A stretch of DNA of 48,887 nucleotides from IMG/VR virus record IMGVR_UViG_3300043683_000017, positions 1-48,887 of that record; one strand, given 5' to 3'. The translations under genes and the position numbers were made by a program. The number at the start of each line of letters is the position of its first letter. Position 1 is the stretch's first letter. The stretch is from a virus (lineage: Duplodnaviria; Caudoviricetes). Shown piece after piece: positions 1-8,737 of this stretch. A model generated the notes under the pieces. It did not search any database and was not told where the DNA came from. It saw only the letters and a program-made list of their open reading frames with translations.

Positions 1-63
1 CCGGGTGTGCACACCCACACCCGGCGCGGCCCCACCCGCCAACCCCACGCCAGGAAGGCCCCC

Positions 64-1143
64 GTGACGCGCCCCGCCCTCACCCCGACACAGCGACGCA
101 TCGCCGCCGCCGTCACGGCCGGCGCAGTGGCCATCGCCGGCATCGGCTTCGCCGGCTCGTACGCGGCGGTGCGCTCTCTCGCCCTGGACAAGGGCTTCGG
201 CTGGTTCGCGAACGTCTTCCCGATCGGCGTGGACGCGGGCATCGTCGTCTTGCTCGCACTCGATCTACTGCTGACCTGGCTGCGCATCCCGTTCCCGCTG
301 CTGCGGCAGACCGCGTGGCTGCTCACGGCCGCCACCATCGCCTTCAACGGCGCGGCGGCCTGGCCCGATCCGCTCGGCGTCAGCATGCACGCGATCATCC
401 CCGTGCTCTTCATCATCGTCGCCGAAGCCGGGCGCCACGCCGTCGGCCGGACCGCGGACATCACCGCCGACAAGCACATGGAGTCGGTGCGCCTCACCCG
501 CTGGATCCTCGCCCCGCTGCCCACGTTCCGGCTGTGGCGCCGCATGAAGCTCTGGGAACTGCGCTCCTACGACGAGGTCATCCGCATGGAGCGGGACCGC
601 CTCATCTACCGGGCCCAACTGCGCGCCCGCTACGGCCCCGGATGGCGCCGCAAGGCCCCCGTTGAGGCGGTCCTGCCGCTGCGCCTCACCCGCTACGGCG
701 CCCCACTCCAGCCCGGCGCCTCACATGAGGCGCCTCACGGTCTCACTGCAGTCACCAACGTCTCCCCGAAGGGCGAGGAAGCGGCCTCGCCGCCCGCCCC
801 TGCTCCCCGAGCCGAGGCGCCAACCCTGCCGGCCGAGATCCCGCCCGCGGGTGAGGCGCCCGCGATGCGCGCAGGTCAGCCCCTTGAGGCGCCCGCGATG
901 CAGACGGGCACCACGGACGCCTCGTTCGAGCTGCACGCCGATGAGGCGATGCGCCTCGCCGACATGTCGAAGGCCGCCGCAGTCCGCACCGTCCACGAGG
1001 CGGACCGCGCCGCAGCGGCGCCTCAGATCGTGGCGCGCCTCGCCGATAGCGGCATCCATGTCACCGCGAAGTACGTCCGTTCCGAGCTGTCCCGCTACCG
1101 CAAGCGCCGCACCGCCTCATCCGGCACCGGCTACTACCCGTGA
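64..1143 (+). CDS. DUF2637-type membrane protein (Streptomyces plasmid/AICE spread-protein-like)
   Basis: GTG at 64 after GGAAGG. Four N-terminal hydrophobic helices (AIAGIGFAGSY, FPIGVDAGIVVLLALDL, TIAFNGAAAW, HAIIPVLFIIVAE), a Pro/Ala linker and a C-terminal HTH-like segment. Confidence 0.7.
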   Translation: MTRPALTPTQRRIAAAVTAGAVAIAGIGFAGSYAAVRSLALDKGFGWFANVFPIGVDAGIVVLLALDLLLTWLRIPFPLLRQTAWLLTAATIAFNGAAAWPDPLGVSMHAIIPVLFIIVAEAGRHAVGRTADITADKHMESVRLTRWILAPLPTFRLWRRMKLWELRSYDEVIRMERDRLIYRAQLRARYGPGWRRKAPVEAVLPLRLTRYGAPLQPGASHEAPHGLTAVTNVSPKGEEAASPPAPAPRAEAPTLPAEIPPAGEAPAMRAGQPLEAPAMQTGTTDASFELHADEAMRLADMSKAAAVRTVHEADRAAAAPQIVARLADSGIHVTAKYVRSELSRYRKRRTASSGTGYYP

Positions 1144-1160
1144 CCCAGGAGGGCCGCCTC

Positions 1161-1787
1161 ATGACCACACCCCCCGGCGCGGACGAGCGCCGCACCCGAA
1201 TGAACCTCCGCCGCATCATCGACGGCACACCCCCGCCCGTCGCCCCGCCGCGCCCGCACCCGGGCGGGGACTGGTGGGAGCGCCTCTACGACGACACGAA
1301 GGACGACCACGCCGGTGCCGTCCCGAAACGCCGCCGTATCCCCACCCTGAAACGCCCCGTGCCGGCCAAGCCGCAGGCGGAGGAGCAGCCGGCCGACACG
1401 GAGCCCGAGTGGGAGGACGCCGACCCCGTCGACGAGTCCACCCCGCAGGCCGTACGCCGCGACCGCCGCAACCCGGCCCGCGAATGGCAGGCCGGCTGGG
1501 CGCAGATCAACCGGCGCACCCGCTGGCTCGTCCTCAACGGCGGCGCCGCGGGCACCGGATGGTTCGCCCACCTGGCCCCGCTGTTCCGATCCTGGATCGC
1601 CGACTGCGGCCACCAGTCCGGCACCGGAGCGGCCCTCTGGCTCGGCGGCGGCCTCATCCTCGCCACCGCGATCGCCGACGGCAGCGCCCAGGGATGGCGG
1701 CCGGCATTCCTCGTCTGGGTCTGCCGCATCCCCCTCGCCTCCGCCGTCCTCGCCGTCGCCCTTTACGCACCCGGAGCAGCCCAGTGA
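1161..1787 (+). CDS. Hypothetical membrane protein
   Basis: ATG after GGAGGG; C-terminal hydrophobic segments; stop overlaps the next start (GTGA). Confidence 0.7.
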   Translation: MTTPPGADERRTRMNLRRIIDGTPPPVAPPRPHPGGDWWERLYDDTKDDHAGAVPKRRRIPTLKRPVPAKPQAEEQPADTEPEWEDADPVDESTPQAVRRDRRNPAREWQAGWAQINRRTRWLVLNGGAAGTGWFAHLAPLFRSWIADCGHQSGTGAALWLGGGLILATAIADGSAQGWRPAFLVWVCRIPLASAVLAVALYAPGAAQ

Positions 1788-2254
1788 CCAGCATCATCGC
1801 CGCCGCCCCGGCCACTGTTCAGGGCGTCCAGGGTGGCCACATCGCCGGTCCCATGACCCTGTCCGGGCTGTCCCTGGTCTGTGCCCTCGTCATGGTCGCC
1901 GGTCTACGCAAGTCCGACCGGGCCAAGTTCCTCCACCACCGGGATGGGGCCGCCTCGTGGGGGATCCTCACCGGCAGCGTATGGCTGGCGGCCGGCGCCA
2001 GTTGGGCGGCTTTCGCCAACAGCGTCGCGCAGCTCCCGACCAGCGTCCTGGGCAACGGCGGCGGCAGCAACAACGCGGGCGGAACGGCCCTCGCGCTGAC
2101 CGTTCTGGCGTTCGTCTGGCCGTGGAAGCGGATGATCATTCCGACGATCCTCGGCATTGCGGCCGCCGGCACCTACGCCACAGCAGGCGGCGCCTGGGGG
2201 GTTGCCGTCAACGCGGTCCGGATGTCCATCGGGCACTACACAGGCGGCGCGTGA
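1784..2254 (+). CDS. Hypothetical multi-pass membrane protein (156 aa)
   Basis: C-terminal part of ORF 662..2254; GTGA overlap upstream and TGATG overlap downstream; about 4 hydrophobic helices. Confidence 0.72.
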   Translation: MTSIIAAAPATVQGVQGGHIAGPMTLSGLSLVCALVMVAGLRKSDRAKFLHHRDGAASWGILTGSVWLAAGASWAAFANSVAQLPTSVLGNGGGSNNAGGTALALTVLAFVWPWKRMIIPTILGIAAAGTYATAGGAWGVAVNAVRMSIGHYTGGA

Positions 2255-3123
2255 TGAGCCTGCTCAGCGAGCTGCTCATCCCGTTCCGGGGGCTCGGCGG
2301 CAGTTGCCGCAGGGTGGCCCGGAAGGCCGCCGCGCGGGACGTGCCCGCGGGCTTCGGGGTGCTCATCAAAACGGCGTTCCGGCTGCTCAGGAAGGCGGTT
2401 CGGGTGGGGTGGGCGGCGACGGCTCCGAAGCCGCAGCCTGCGGCGAAGACCGCGGAGAAAACCGCGGCGAAGCCTGCGGAGAAGGACGAGAAGGAACCGG
2501 ACCCCGTCAAGATCATTAAAGAGAAGGCGGCGGGGGAGAAGACCGTCCCCAAGGGCCCGACCCGCGCCGACCGACTCGACGCCGCCGCGACCGGCGCCCT
2601 CTGCGCGCTCATCACCCTCCCCGCACTCGGCGGCGCACTCGCCGCCCTCGGACCGCACCTCGCGCCGTACGCCCCCGCGACTGCCGCGGCCGCCGCGCCC
2701 GCGCTGCTCGCTGCCGCATGGGCCGTCGCCCCCCAGAAGCCCCAGGAGAAGCCCAAGACGGCACCCGCTCCAGCGCCCCAGGAGCCACGCGCCGAACCCC
2801 TCCCGGACACCCCCGAAGGGCGCCAGCTCGCGGTCCTCCGCTGGCTGGAGAAAACCACCCGCGGCGCCTCCGGAATCCACCTCGACCAACTGCACCTCCA
2901 GCTCGCCCAGCAGGACTTCGGGAAGGGCTTCCCCCGGCACTACATCCGGACCCTCCTGGAGCAGTACGGAATCCCCGTCCAGCGCACCCTCCGAGTGGGC
3001 CCCGTATCGGGCCGCACGGGGGTGACCCGGCAGGCCATCATGGACGCGCTTACGGCCGCTACCGCGACCCCTCCCCCGGAAGTGGAGAGCGACCTTGTGG
3101 AGCCGATAGTCCGCACCCCCTGA
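2254..3123 (+). CDS. Hypothetical membrane protein with possible C-terminal winged-helix region
   Basis: ATG in TGATG overlap; Lys/Pro-rich linker, 2 TM segments, C-terminal GIHLDQLH...RTLRVG...GV segment. Confidence 0.7.
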   Translation: MSLLSELLIPFRGLGGSCRRVARKAAARDVPAGFGVLIKTAFRLLRKAVRVGWAATAPKPQPAAKTAEKTAAKPAEKDEKEPDPVKIIKEKAAGEKTVPKGPTRADRLDAAATGALCALITLPALGGALAALGPHLAPYAPATAAAAAPALLAAAWAVAPQKPQEKPKTAPAPAPQEPRAEPLPDTPEGRQLAVLRWLEKTTRGASGIHLDQLHLQLAQQDFGKGFPRHYIRTLLEQYGIPVQRTLRVGPVSGRTGVTRQAIMDALTAATATPPPEVESDLVEPIVRTP

Positions 3124-3207
3124 CCTGCATTTTTCCCAGACTCCACGCGCGCTCCCCGCATCCGTAGAGCGCCACGCGAGCCTCTTCCAGAAGGACCCGA
3201 TAGCCCC

Positions 3208-4107
3208 ATGGCAGCCACCCGCAAAGGCATCGTCTACACCCTGACCGACCCCCGAGACGGGGCCATCCGGTACGTCGGCAAGACCATCAACCAGCCCCTC
3301 GAACGGCTCGCTCAGCACCTCAGCGCGCCGACGAACCCGGCCATGCGGGTGTGGTTCACCAGCCTCGGCAACCAGGGCCTGCTGCCCCGGATGGACACCA
3401 TTGCCACGGCGCCCGGCGACAAGTTGCTCGCCGAAGAAGCCCGGCTCATCAAGAACCACGCCAAGGACGGCCACCGGCTCCTCAACGCCCCCTACTACCG
3501 CGCGAATCTCGCCGACCTAGCGGACTCGAAGCAGCCCGTCACGCGACCGCCGAGCCGATCTTCGGCATCTCCGTTCGAGCTGTCGGTCAACGCCCTTCGC
3601 TACCGTCTCTACGGCCGCATCGCCGAGGCGCGAGCCGCAGAAGCGCTGCCCTCGTACGCCGCGGCGTTCCGCTCGTTACTGCTCGCTCCTCTCCTGGTCG
3701 TCGGGACACTCTTCCTGCTGGCCGTCCAGACCCGCGCCGGCCGCCTCTGCACGCTGGCCGCCATGCTCAGCTACTACGCGTGGGGCATCGGCTTCGATCA
3801 CGCAGCCAGAGATCTGGTCCTTACTCACCTCCCTGTCGCCGCGGCCTCCTCGTTCTGGCATGAATATCTCGCGCACCCCCTGGGGCAGTTGGCCCTGCAT
3901 GTGAGCATCGGTTGCGTGCTGGTGGCGTGGGCGTCATACGCCGGGGTCGCCGAAGCGGCGAAGAAGACCCGCCAGCCCCGGGCAAAGTCGGCCGCAGGCT
4001 CAGTGGATATCGCCGCGGCAGCCGCTGCCGCTCTCGACGGCGCGGTGCTGCACGGTGTCCAGCCGTCGCCCCTGGTGGCCGAACTGAGCACACCTCGGAA
4101 GCGCTGA
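3208..4107 (+). CDS. GIY-YIG nuclease domain fused to C-terminal transmembrane segments; contains an in-frame TTA codon
   Basis: IVYTL...RYVGKT...R...QH...EE..LI...LLN motifs in the first ~93 aa; about 3 hydrophobic helices after; TTA at 3676-3678. Confidence 0.75.
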   Translation: MAATRKGIVYTLTDPRDGAIRYVGKTINQPLERLAQHLSAPTNPAMRVWFTSLGNQGLLPRMDTIATAPGDKLLAEEARLIKNHAKDGHRLLNAPYYRANLADLADSKQPVTRPPSRSSASPFELSVNALRYRLYGRIAEARAAEALPSYAAAFRSLLLAPLLVVGTLFLLAVQTRAGRLCTLAAMLSYYAWGIGFDHAARDLVLTHLPVAAASSFWHEYLAHPLGQLALHVSIGCVLVAWASYAGVAEAAKKTRQPRAKSAAGSVDIAAAAAAALDGAVLHGVQPSPLVAELSTPRKR

Positions 4108-4110
4108 GCC

Positions 4111-4344
4111 GTGTACCGGTACCGGTGTGGCCAGTGCGCGACGACGAGCCTGCCCGTCCGCACCCGGGCGGAGATGCTCGCCGACCGCGACGCCCACCGG
4201 GACCAGGTCCACGGCGGGCACGTCCCAGACGGGGAGCGCCTGCTCCAACGGCGCCGCCGGCCGGGGGATGCGCGGGCACTGGTTGCCGTGGGCCTGCTGC
4301 TGGTTCTGCCGCTGCTGGTCTGGATCGCCCACCATGCGCACTGA
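4111..4344 (+). CDS. Small zinc-finger membrane protein
   Basis: CGQC...HRDQVH (C2H2-like) plus C-terminal hydrophobic helix; starts 3 nt after the previous stop. Confidence 0.65.
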   Translation: MYRYRCGQCATTSLPVRTRAEMLADRDAHRDQVHGGHVPDGERLLQRRRRPGDARALVAVGLLLVLPLLVWIAHHAH

Positions 4345-4471
4345 CCGCCTGGGGGCGCGCGGCCCACCGCCGCACAACTGCCCCAATGTCCGGAAGCCGT
4401 AACAGACCCGATCTCACCCGCACATCAACGGTTGAATCACCAACCACCACACCAATCAGGGGGATACCCAC

Positions 4472-4645
4472 ATGTCCGACCATGCCCAACTCGCCCGCAC
4501 CGGAACCGCCGCCGGCGTCATAGTCGTCGGCGGCACCGCCATCACCGGATGGTGGCTCCTGGCCATCGCCTTCGCCATCATCGGTCTCGGCGCCGTAGCC
4601 ATCCGCTTCGGGTTCCGCCGCGGACGCACGGCAGGCCAGATCTGA
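4472..4645 (+). CDS. 57-aa LAXTG sorting-signal micro-protein (not in the ORF track)
   Basis: MSDHAQLARTGTAAGVIVVGGTAITGWWLLAIAFAIIGLGAVAIRFGFRRGRTAGQI; RBS AGGGGG at 4458-4463; GC-rich third positions; TGATG coupling to the next gene. Confidence 0.75.
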   Translation: MSDHAQLARTGTAAGVIVVGGTAITGWWLLAIAFAIIGLGAVAIRFGFRRGRTAGQI

Positions 4646-6141
4646 TGGCCGGCGAGACGCCCACCGCACGGCAGCACCGCTCCGGCACGGTCCTCACCGG
4701 CGCCGTCACCCTGACGCTGGCCGCAGCCTGGGCGGCACAACACGCCCTCCACGCAGCCGACTACGGCAGCCGCACCGGTGGGCGTCTCGCCGCAGTCTGG
4801 GCCGCCACGTTCGTGCTGCTCATCGCCCAGACCGTCATGTACCACCTCGAGCGGCCCCGGCAGCTCACCCCGCGGATCCGCCGCCAGCTCGACGCCCAGC
4901 ACGTCGCCGTGATCATCCCCGCGTACAACGAGGACGACGGGTACCTGCGGATGTGCCTGCAATCCCTCCTCGCCCAGACCCGCCTGCCGGATTCCGTGCA
5001 CCTCGTCGATGACGGCAGCAAGACCGACTACGCCGCAGTGAGGGACTGGTGGCTTGCCGCCGCCACCCAGGCGGCCATCGAGGTGACGTGGCGGCGCGTC
5101 CCCAACGCGGGCAAACGCCACGCCCAGGCGCACGCCGTCAACGCCTCGCCGGCCGCGGACATCTACATCACCGTCGACTCCGACTCCTGCCTCGCCCCCA
5201 ACGCGATCGAGCAGATCCTCGCACCGTTCGCCAAACCGGACGTCCAGTCCGTCGCCGGGATTGTCGTGGCCACCAACCACAAGAAGAACCTGCAGACCCG
5301 CATCACCGACCTGTGGTTCGTCACCGGGCAGCTCGTCGACCGCTCCGCGATGTCCGCGATGGGCTCCGTCATCGTCAACTCCGGGCCGTTGGCCGCCTAC
5401 CGGGCCGCCGTGATCCGCGACAACCTGGACAGCTACCTGAACGAGACGTTCCTCGGCCGGCCGGTGGGATTCTCCGACGACAGCATGCTGACCCTGTACG
5501 CGCTGCTCCGCGGCCGGACCGTGCAGCAGCCGACTGCGGTGGTGTTCACCGCGATGCCGGAGAAGACGTCTCACCTTCTCAGAATGTATTGCAGATGGAT
5601 GCGTGGCTCAACGATCCGTTCCATCTGGCGGCTGCGGTACCTGCCGCTGAACCGGGCCGCGTACTGGCTGCACCTGATGCGCTGGTTCCAGATGGCCCTG
5701 TCCACGGTCGTCCTGGGGTGGCTGCTGGTCGTGGAGCCGTTCGGCTACGGCAACCGGCCGCCCGCGTCGTTCGCGGTGGTGCCGTTCCTCATCGGCTGGG
5801 CGCAGGGTCTGCGGTACCTGTCGATTGCCCGGTCTGACGAGTCGTTCGGTTCGCGGGTTGTGACGTGGTTGCTGATGCCGCTGGCCGTGGTGTGGGCGTG
5901 GACTGTTCTGCGGGCCATGCGCTGGTACGGCATGGTCACCTGTGCCAAGACCGGTTGGGGTACCCGCCAGAACGGGGCTGAGGTCAGCCTCGGCGGAGCC
6001 TCGGACGCCCCGACGGTGGCCGTGCCCGCAGTGACCGGCGGCCCCCCGCCGGCCGGGCCTGTCGCGAAGCTCTACGACCCGCACACCGAGATCACGCTGG
6101 AGACGGCAATCCCGAGGACGCGGCGGCACGCACGGGCCTGA
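4645..6141 (+). CDS. Processive GT2 glycosyltransferase, hyaluronan synthase/NodC-like
   Basis: N-terminal TMs; PAYNED, VDDGS, GKRHAQ, VDSDS (DxD), SGPLAAYR, SDDSMLT, YCRW (QxxRW position), C-terminal TMs and GWGTR tail as in class I HAS. Confidence 0.85.
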   Translation: MAGETPTARQHRSGTVLTGAVTLTLAAAWAAQHALHAADYGSRTGGRLAAVWAATFVLLIAQTVMYHLERPRQLTPRIRRQLDAQHVAVIIPAYNEDDGYLRMCLQSLLAQTRLPDSVHLVDDGSKTDYAAVRDWWLAAATQAAIEVTWRRVPNAGKRHAQAHAVNASPAADIYITVDSDSCLAPNAIEQILAPFAKPDVQSVAGIVVATNHKKNLQTRITDLWFVTGQLVDRSAMSAMGSVIVNSGPLAAYRAAVIRDNLDSYLNETFLGRPVGFSDDSMLTLYALLRGRTVQQPTAVVFTAMPEKTSHLLRMYCRWMRGSTIRSIWRLRYLPLNRAAYWLHLMRWFQMALSTVVLGWLLVVEPFGYGNRPPASFAVVPFLIGWAQGLRYLSIARSDESFGSRVVTWLLMPLAVVWAWTVLRAMRWYGMVTCAKTGWGTRQNGAEVSLGGASDAPTVAVPAVTGGPPPAGPVAKLYDPHTEITLETAIPRTRRHARA

Positions 6142-6159
6142 CCCCGGACGCACGAAAGT

Positions 6160-6190
6160 CGCCCCCGCTGCCACGACGGCAACGGGGGCG
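6160..6190. terminator. Hairpin between convergent genes
   Basis: CGCCCCCG-C-TGCC / GGCA-A-CGGGGGCG inverted repeat; followed by ACTTT on the minus strand. Confidence 0.65.
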
Positions 6191-6205
6191 CTGCTGCGCG
6201 GGGGG

Positions 6206-7615
6206 TCAGGCGGGATTGGGGCCTGGGTTGGCGAGGAACCAGTCGAGCTGATAGCCCGAGCCCGCGTAGATCTTCTGCGTGGCACCGTCCGCCGGGCCCT
6301 TGTACGCCAGGGCGATCGTCGCGTTGCCGTCGCCGTCGACCTCGCCCTCCTGCACGATGAACTGCCGCATTCCCAGTACCCCGGGGAACGTGCTGGACTG
6401 CGGGTACAGCGGCGGGTAGCCCTCCTCCGATGGCGTCCCCGTGCCCGAGCTTGCGTACCGGGAGATCCCCCCGGCCGCGGCCTTGATGCCGACGTCCAGA
6501 AAGACCACGCCGCCCGTGCGCATGAAGCTGACCGACCACCAGATGCGGTCGCCAACAGCGGCCGGGATGGACCGGGCGAGTTCCGTGCCGCCCGAGGTCG
6601 CCACGATCGTCCACGCTGCGGCTGACTGCAGTACGACGATCTCTTCGTTGATCGGGTCGTCGACGGACACCATCGCGGAGCCACCGCCCCCGCCTGCCGG
6701 GGTCTGCCACGACGCGGCCGCCGCCCCGGTCGCAGTCAAGACTTTCCCGCTGGATGCCGTCCCGCTGACTGCGACCCCGGCGACCTTCGCGACCGACGGG
6801 TTCGGGTACGACCCACCGAGGTCCCCGCCGGCCGTGCCGGTCGGGGTGCGGCTGTCCGCCAGGCGGGAGTCCGCTGTGGTGACCAGCGCCGCGGTGTTCG
6901 CGATGCCGTGGACGCTCGTCGTGGCGCCGGTGTGCGTGGCCAGTGAGCCGGCCACGGTCCCGGCGGCGCCCGCCGCATCGTAGGCGGCATTGGCCCGCGT
7001 CACCTCGGCGGCTACGGCGGCCGTCGCCGCGGTCGACAGCGGCTTGGACGCGTCGCTGGTGTTGTCGACGTTGCCCAGGCCGACCGTGTTCTTCGTCGGG
7101 GTCGCCGGCGTGCCGTGCGCGTGGTCACCCCGGGAGTACGCAGTGCCCGTGCCGGCCGTGGAGGACTGGCCGAAGCTGGTGCCCGCGACGACTGTTGACG
7201 ACGGAGTACCCGTACCGCCGCCGGAGCCGGCCGGTCCCTCTGGTCCTTGCGGGCCGAGGACCACCACGTAGTCCGGGGGGAGTGCCTCGAACTCCGCAGC
7301 CGCCCCGAGGTTCACGGTGCCCGCGCTGGCGGGCACGCTGATGTTCACGGAGAACGGCGGCAGCCCGTCGATGTTCCCGTCGACGCGCCACGCGAACGGC
7401 TCGTCGAACGCGTCGCACGCGACGAGCTCCTTGCTCATGGCGCCGCTGGCGTTGAGAGTCGAGTTCTCCACGCCGAGGTACACGGCGTCCGGTGCGGCGA
7501 GGATCGGCGGCACGGGGGTGAAGGTGAACGAGCCCTGGCGTTCGGTGCCGTCAGGGGCGAGCGGGGGGAAGTCGGCGACCAGGGTGAACGTCGGCACACC
7601 ATCCGGCAGCGGCAT
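6206..7615 (-). CDS. Tail fibre-like / structural protein
   Basis: Start MPLPDG at 7615. Short collagen GPQGPEGPAG, fibre-type motifs VGLGNVDNTSDASKPLSTA and AGGDLGGSYPNP, Gly/Thr/Ala-rich shaft, C-terminal beta-rich domain. Confidence 0.65.
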   Translation of the reverse strand: MPLPDGVPTFTLVADFPPLAPDGTERQGSFTFTPVPPILAAPDAVYLGVENSTLNASGAMSKELVACDAFDEPFAWRVDGNIDGLPPFSVNISVPASAGTVNLGAAAEFEALPPDYVVVLGPQGPEGPAGSGGGTGTPSSTVVAGTSFGQSSTAGTGTAYSRGDHAHGTPATPTKNTVGLGNVDNTSDASKPLSTAATAAVAAEVTRANAAYDAAGAAGTVAGSLATHTGATTSVHGIANTAALVTTADSRLADSRTPTGTAGGDLGGSYPNPSVAKVAGVAVSGTASSGKVLTATGAAAASWQTPAGGGGGSAMVSVDDPINEEIVVLQSAAAWTIVATSGGTELARSIPAAVGDRIWWSVSFMRTGGVVFLDVGIKAAAGGISRYASSGTGTPSEEGYPPLYPQSSTFPGVLGMRQFIVQEGEVDGDGNATIALAYKGPADGATQKIYAGSGYQLDWFLANPGPNPA

Positions 7616-7617
7616 GA

Positions 7618-7947
7618 TCAGACTCCAGTTCGGTTGTACTCGTCCACCAAGGGGTCGGCGGGTTCGGGTTCGATCCCGGCGCGGGTCATCTGCCGGCACC
7701 AGCGGTCCGCTGATCGTGCGAACGCCCGCAGTACCGCATCCGTCCGCGATTGCCTCTTCCGCAGCTCCTTGTTCTCCTCGTCCACCCGGGACACCGTCGC
7801 CTGCAGCACTGTGAACTCGTTCTGCTTCTCCGCTGGCCCTGCAGCGATGGCAGCCGCGGTACGCGTGCCCTTGTATGTGAGCCACCCGGTGACGATCACA
7901 CCAACGACCGTCACAGCCCCGCCCAGAATGCTCAGCCACCCGCTCAC
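7618..7947 (-). CDS. Lysis-region membrane protein (N-terminal TM plus coiled coil)
   Basis: GTG overlaps upstream TGA; WLSILGGAVTVVGVIVTGWL then heptad-like region. Confidence 0.7.
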   Translation of the reverse strand: MSGWLSILGGAVTVVGVIVTGWLTYKGTRTAAAIAAGPAEKQNEFTVLQATVSRVDEENKELRKRQSRTDAVLRAFARSADRWCRQMTRAGIEPEPADPLVDEYNRTGV

Positions 7948-8387
7948 CGGGGTCTCCCTTCGACCGCCTCCAGAACGGGGCGTCCGGCCCTTGGCTCGGG
8001 AGGGACGCGCGATGCGCACCAGATCACGCCGCAGTGCGCCGTGATGTACCACAGGAAAATCCATATGCCGCGCGGGTAGGTGTCCGTGACCGCGGCCCAT
8101 CCGTAGGCGAACGCCCACAGGGTGGGGGGCACGGACGCGGCGAGGAACCCCCACACGTCGCGGCCGAACCTGACGAATGCCGAGCCGAACGTGATGGCCC
8201 CGGCGACGATCCACAGCCACGCCCAGCAGTGCAGCGGTGCGAGGCCGGTGAGGAGTCCCAGGCCGGCTGGTGATGGTGGGGTGACGATGATGCCCGCGCC
8301 GAAGAAGGTGCTGCCGGCGCCGAGGAATAGCAGGAACGGGCCGCGGCGCCCCCACCGGCGCGCCATGCGCTCCGCCGCGGCCCGCAC
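7944..8387 (-). CDS. 4-TM membrane protein, possible second holin or lysis accessory
   Basis: Four hydrophobic helices; lies within the lysis cassette. Confidence 0.7.
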   Translation of the reverse strand: MRAAAERMARRWGRRGPFLLFLGAGSTFFGAGIIVTPPSPAGLGLLTGLAPLHCWAWLWIVAGAITFGSAFVRFGRDVWGFLAASVPPTLWAFAYGWAAVTDTYPRGIWIFLWYITAHCGVIWCASRVPPEPRAGRPVLEAVEGRPR

Positions 8388-8388
8388 C

Positions 8389-8712
8389 TCAGGCGGCCAG
8401 GTCGACGGACTTCTTGGTGCCGAAGTCCTGCGCGCGGACCGTGATCCCGGTGGGCTTCCACAGGCCGAAGTGGGAGAGGACGGCGGTGCCGAAGGACACG
8501 ACGGTGAGGATGACCGCGGAGGCGACGGAGTACCCGGCGTCGTGCGGTGCGGCGAACTCGGTGAGGAACCCCGTGACGCCGGTCAGGGCGAGGAGGAGCA
8601 CGGCCTTCACGGAGGCGTTCACGACGCGGGTCGTGACGAGGCCGACGAGGACGGGCAGGACCAGGCTGATGAGCAGGCCGATCCAGTACGCGGTGTCGAG
8701 GTGAGGCTGCAT
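8389..8712 (-). CDS. Holin
   Basis: 107 aa, 3 TM, LPVLVGLVT and HFGLWKPTG motifs; immediately downstream of the endolysin. Confidence 0.8.
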   Translation of the reverse strand: MQPHLDTAYWIGLLISLVLPVLVGLVTTRVVNASVKAVLLLALTGVTGFLTEFAAPHDAGYSVASAVILTVVSFGTAVLSHFGLWKPTGITVRAQDFGTKKSVDLAA

Positions 8713-8737
8713 GGCGAGTTCCGATCTGGTGGTTGGG

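Noticed and set aside
4425-4435. Palindrome TCAACGGTTGA upstream of the LAXTG/GT2 pair
   Set aside because: Single short occurrence; no second copy found to support an operator call.
4432-4644. N-terminal extension of the GT2 synthase in the ORF track
   Set aside because: Low-complexity translation; the region is better explained by the coupled 57-aa ORF and ATG at 4645.
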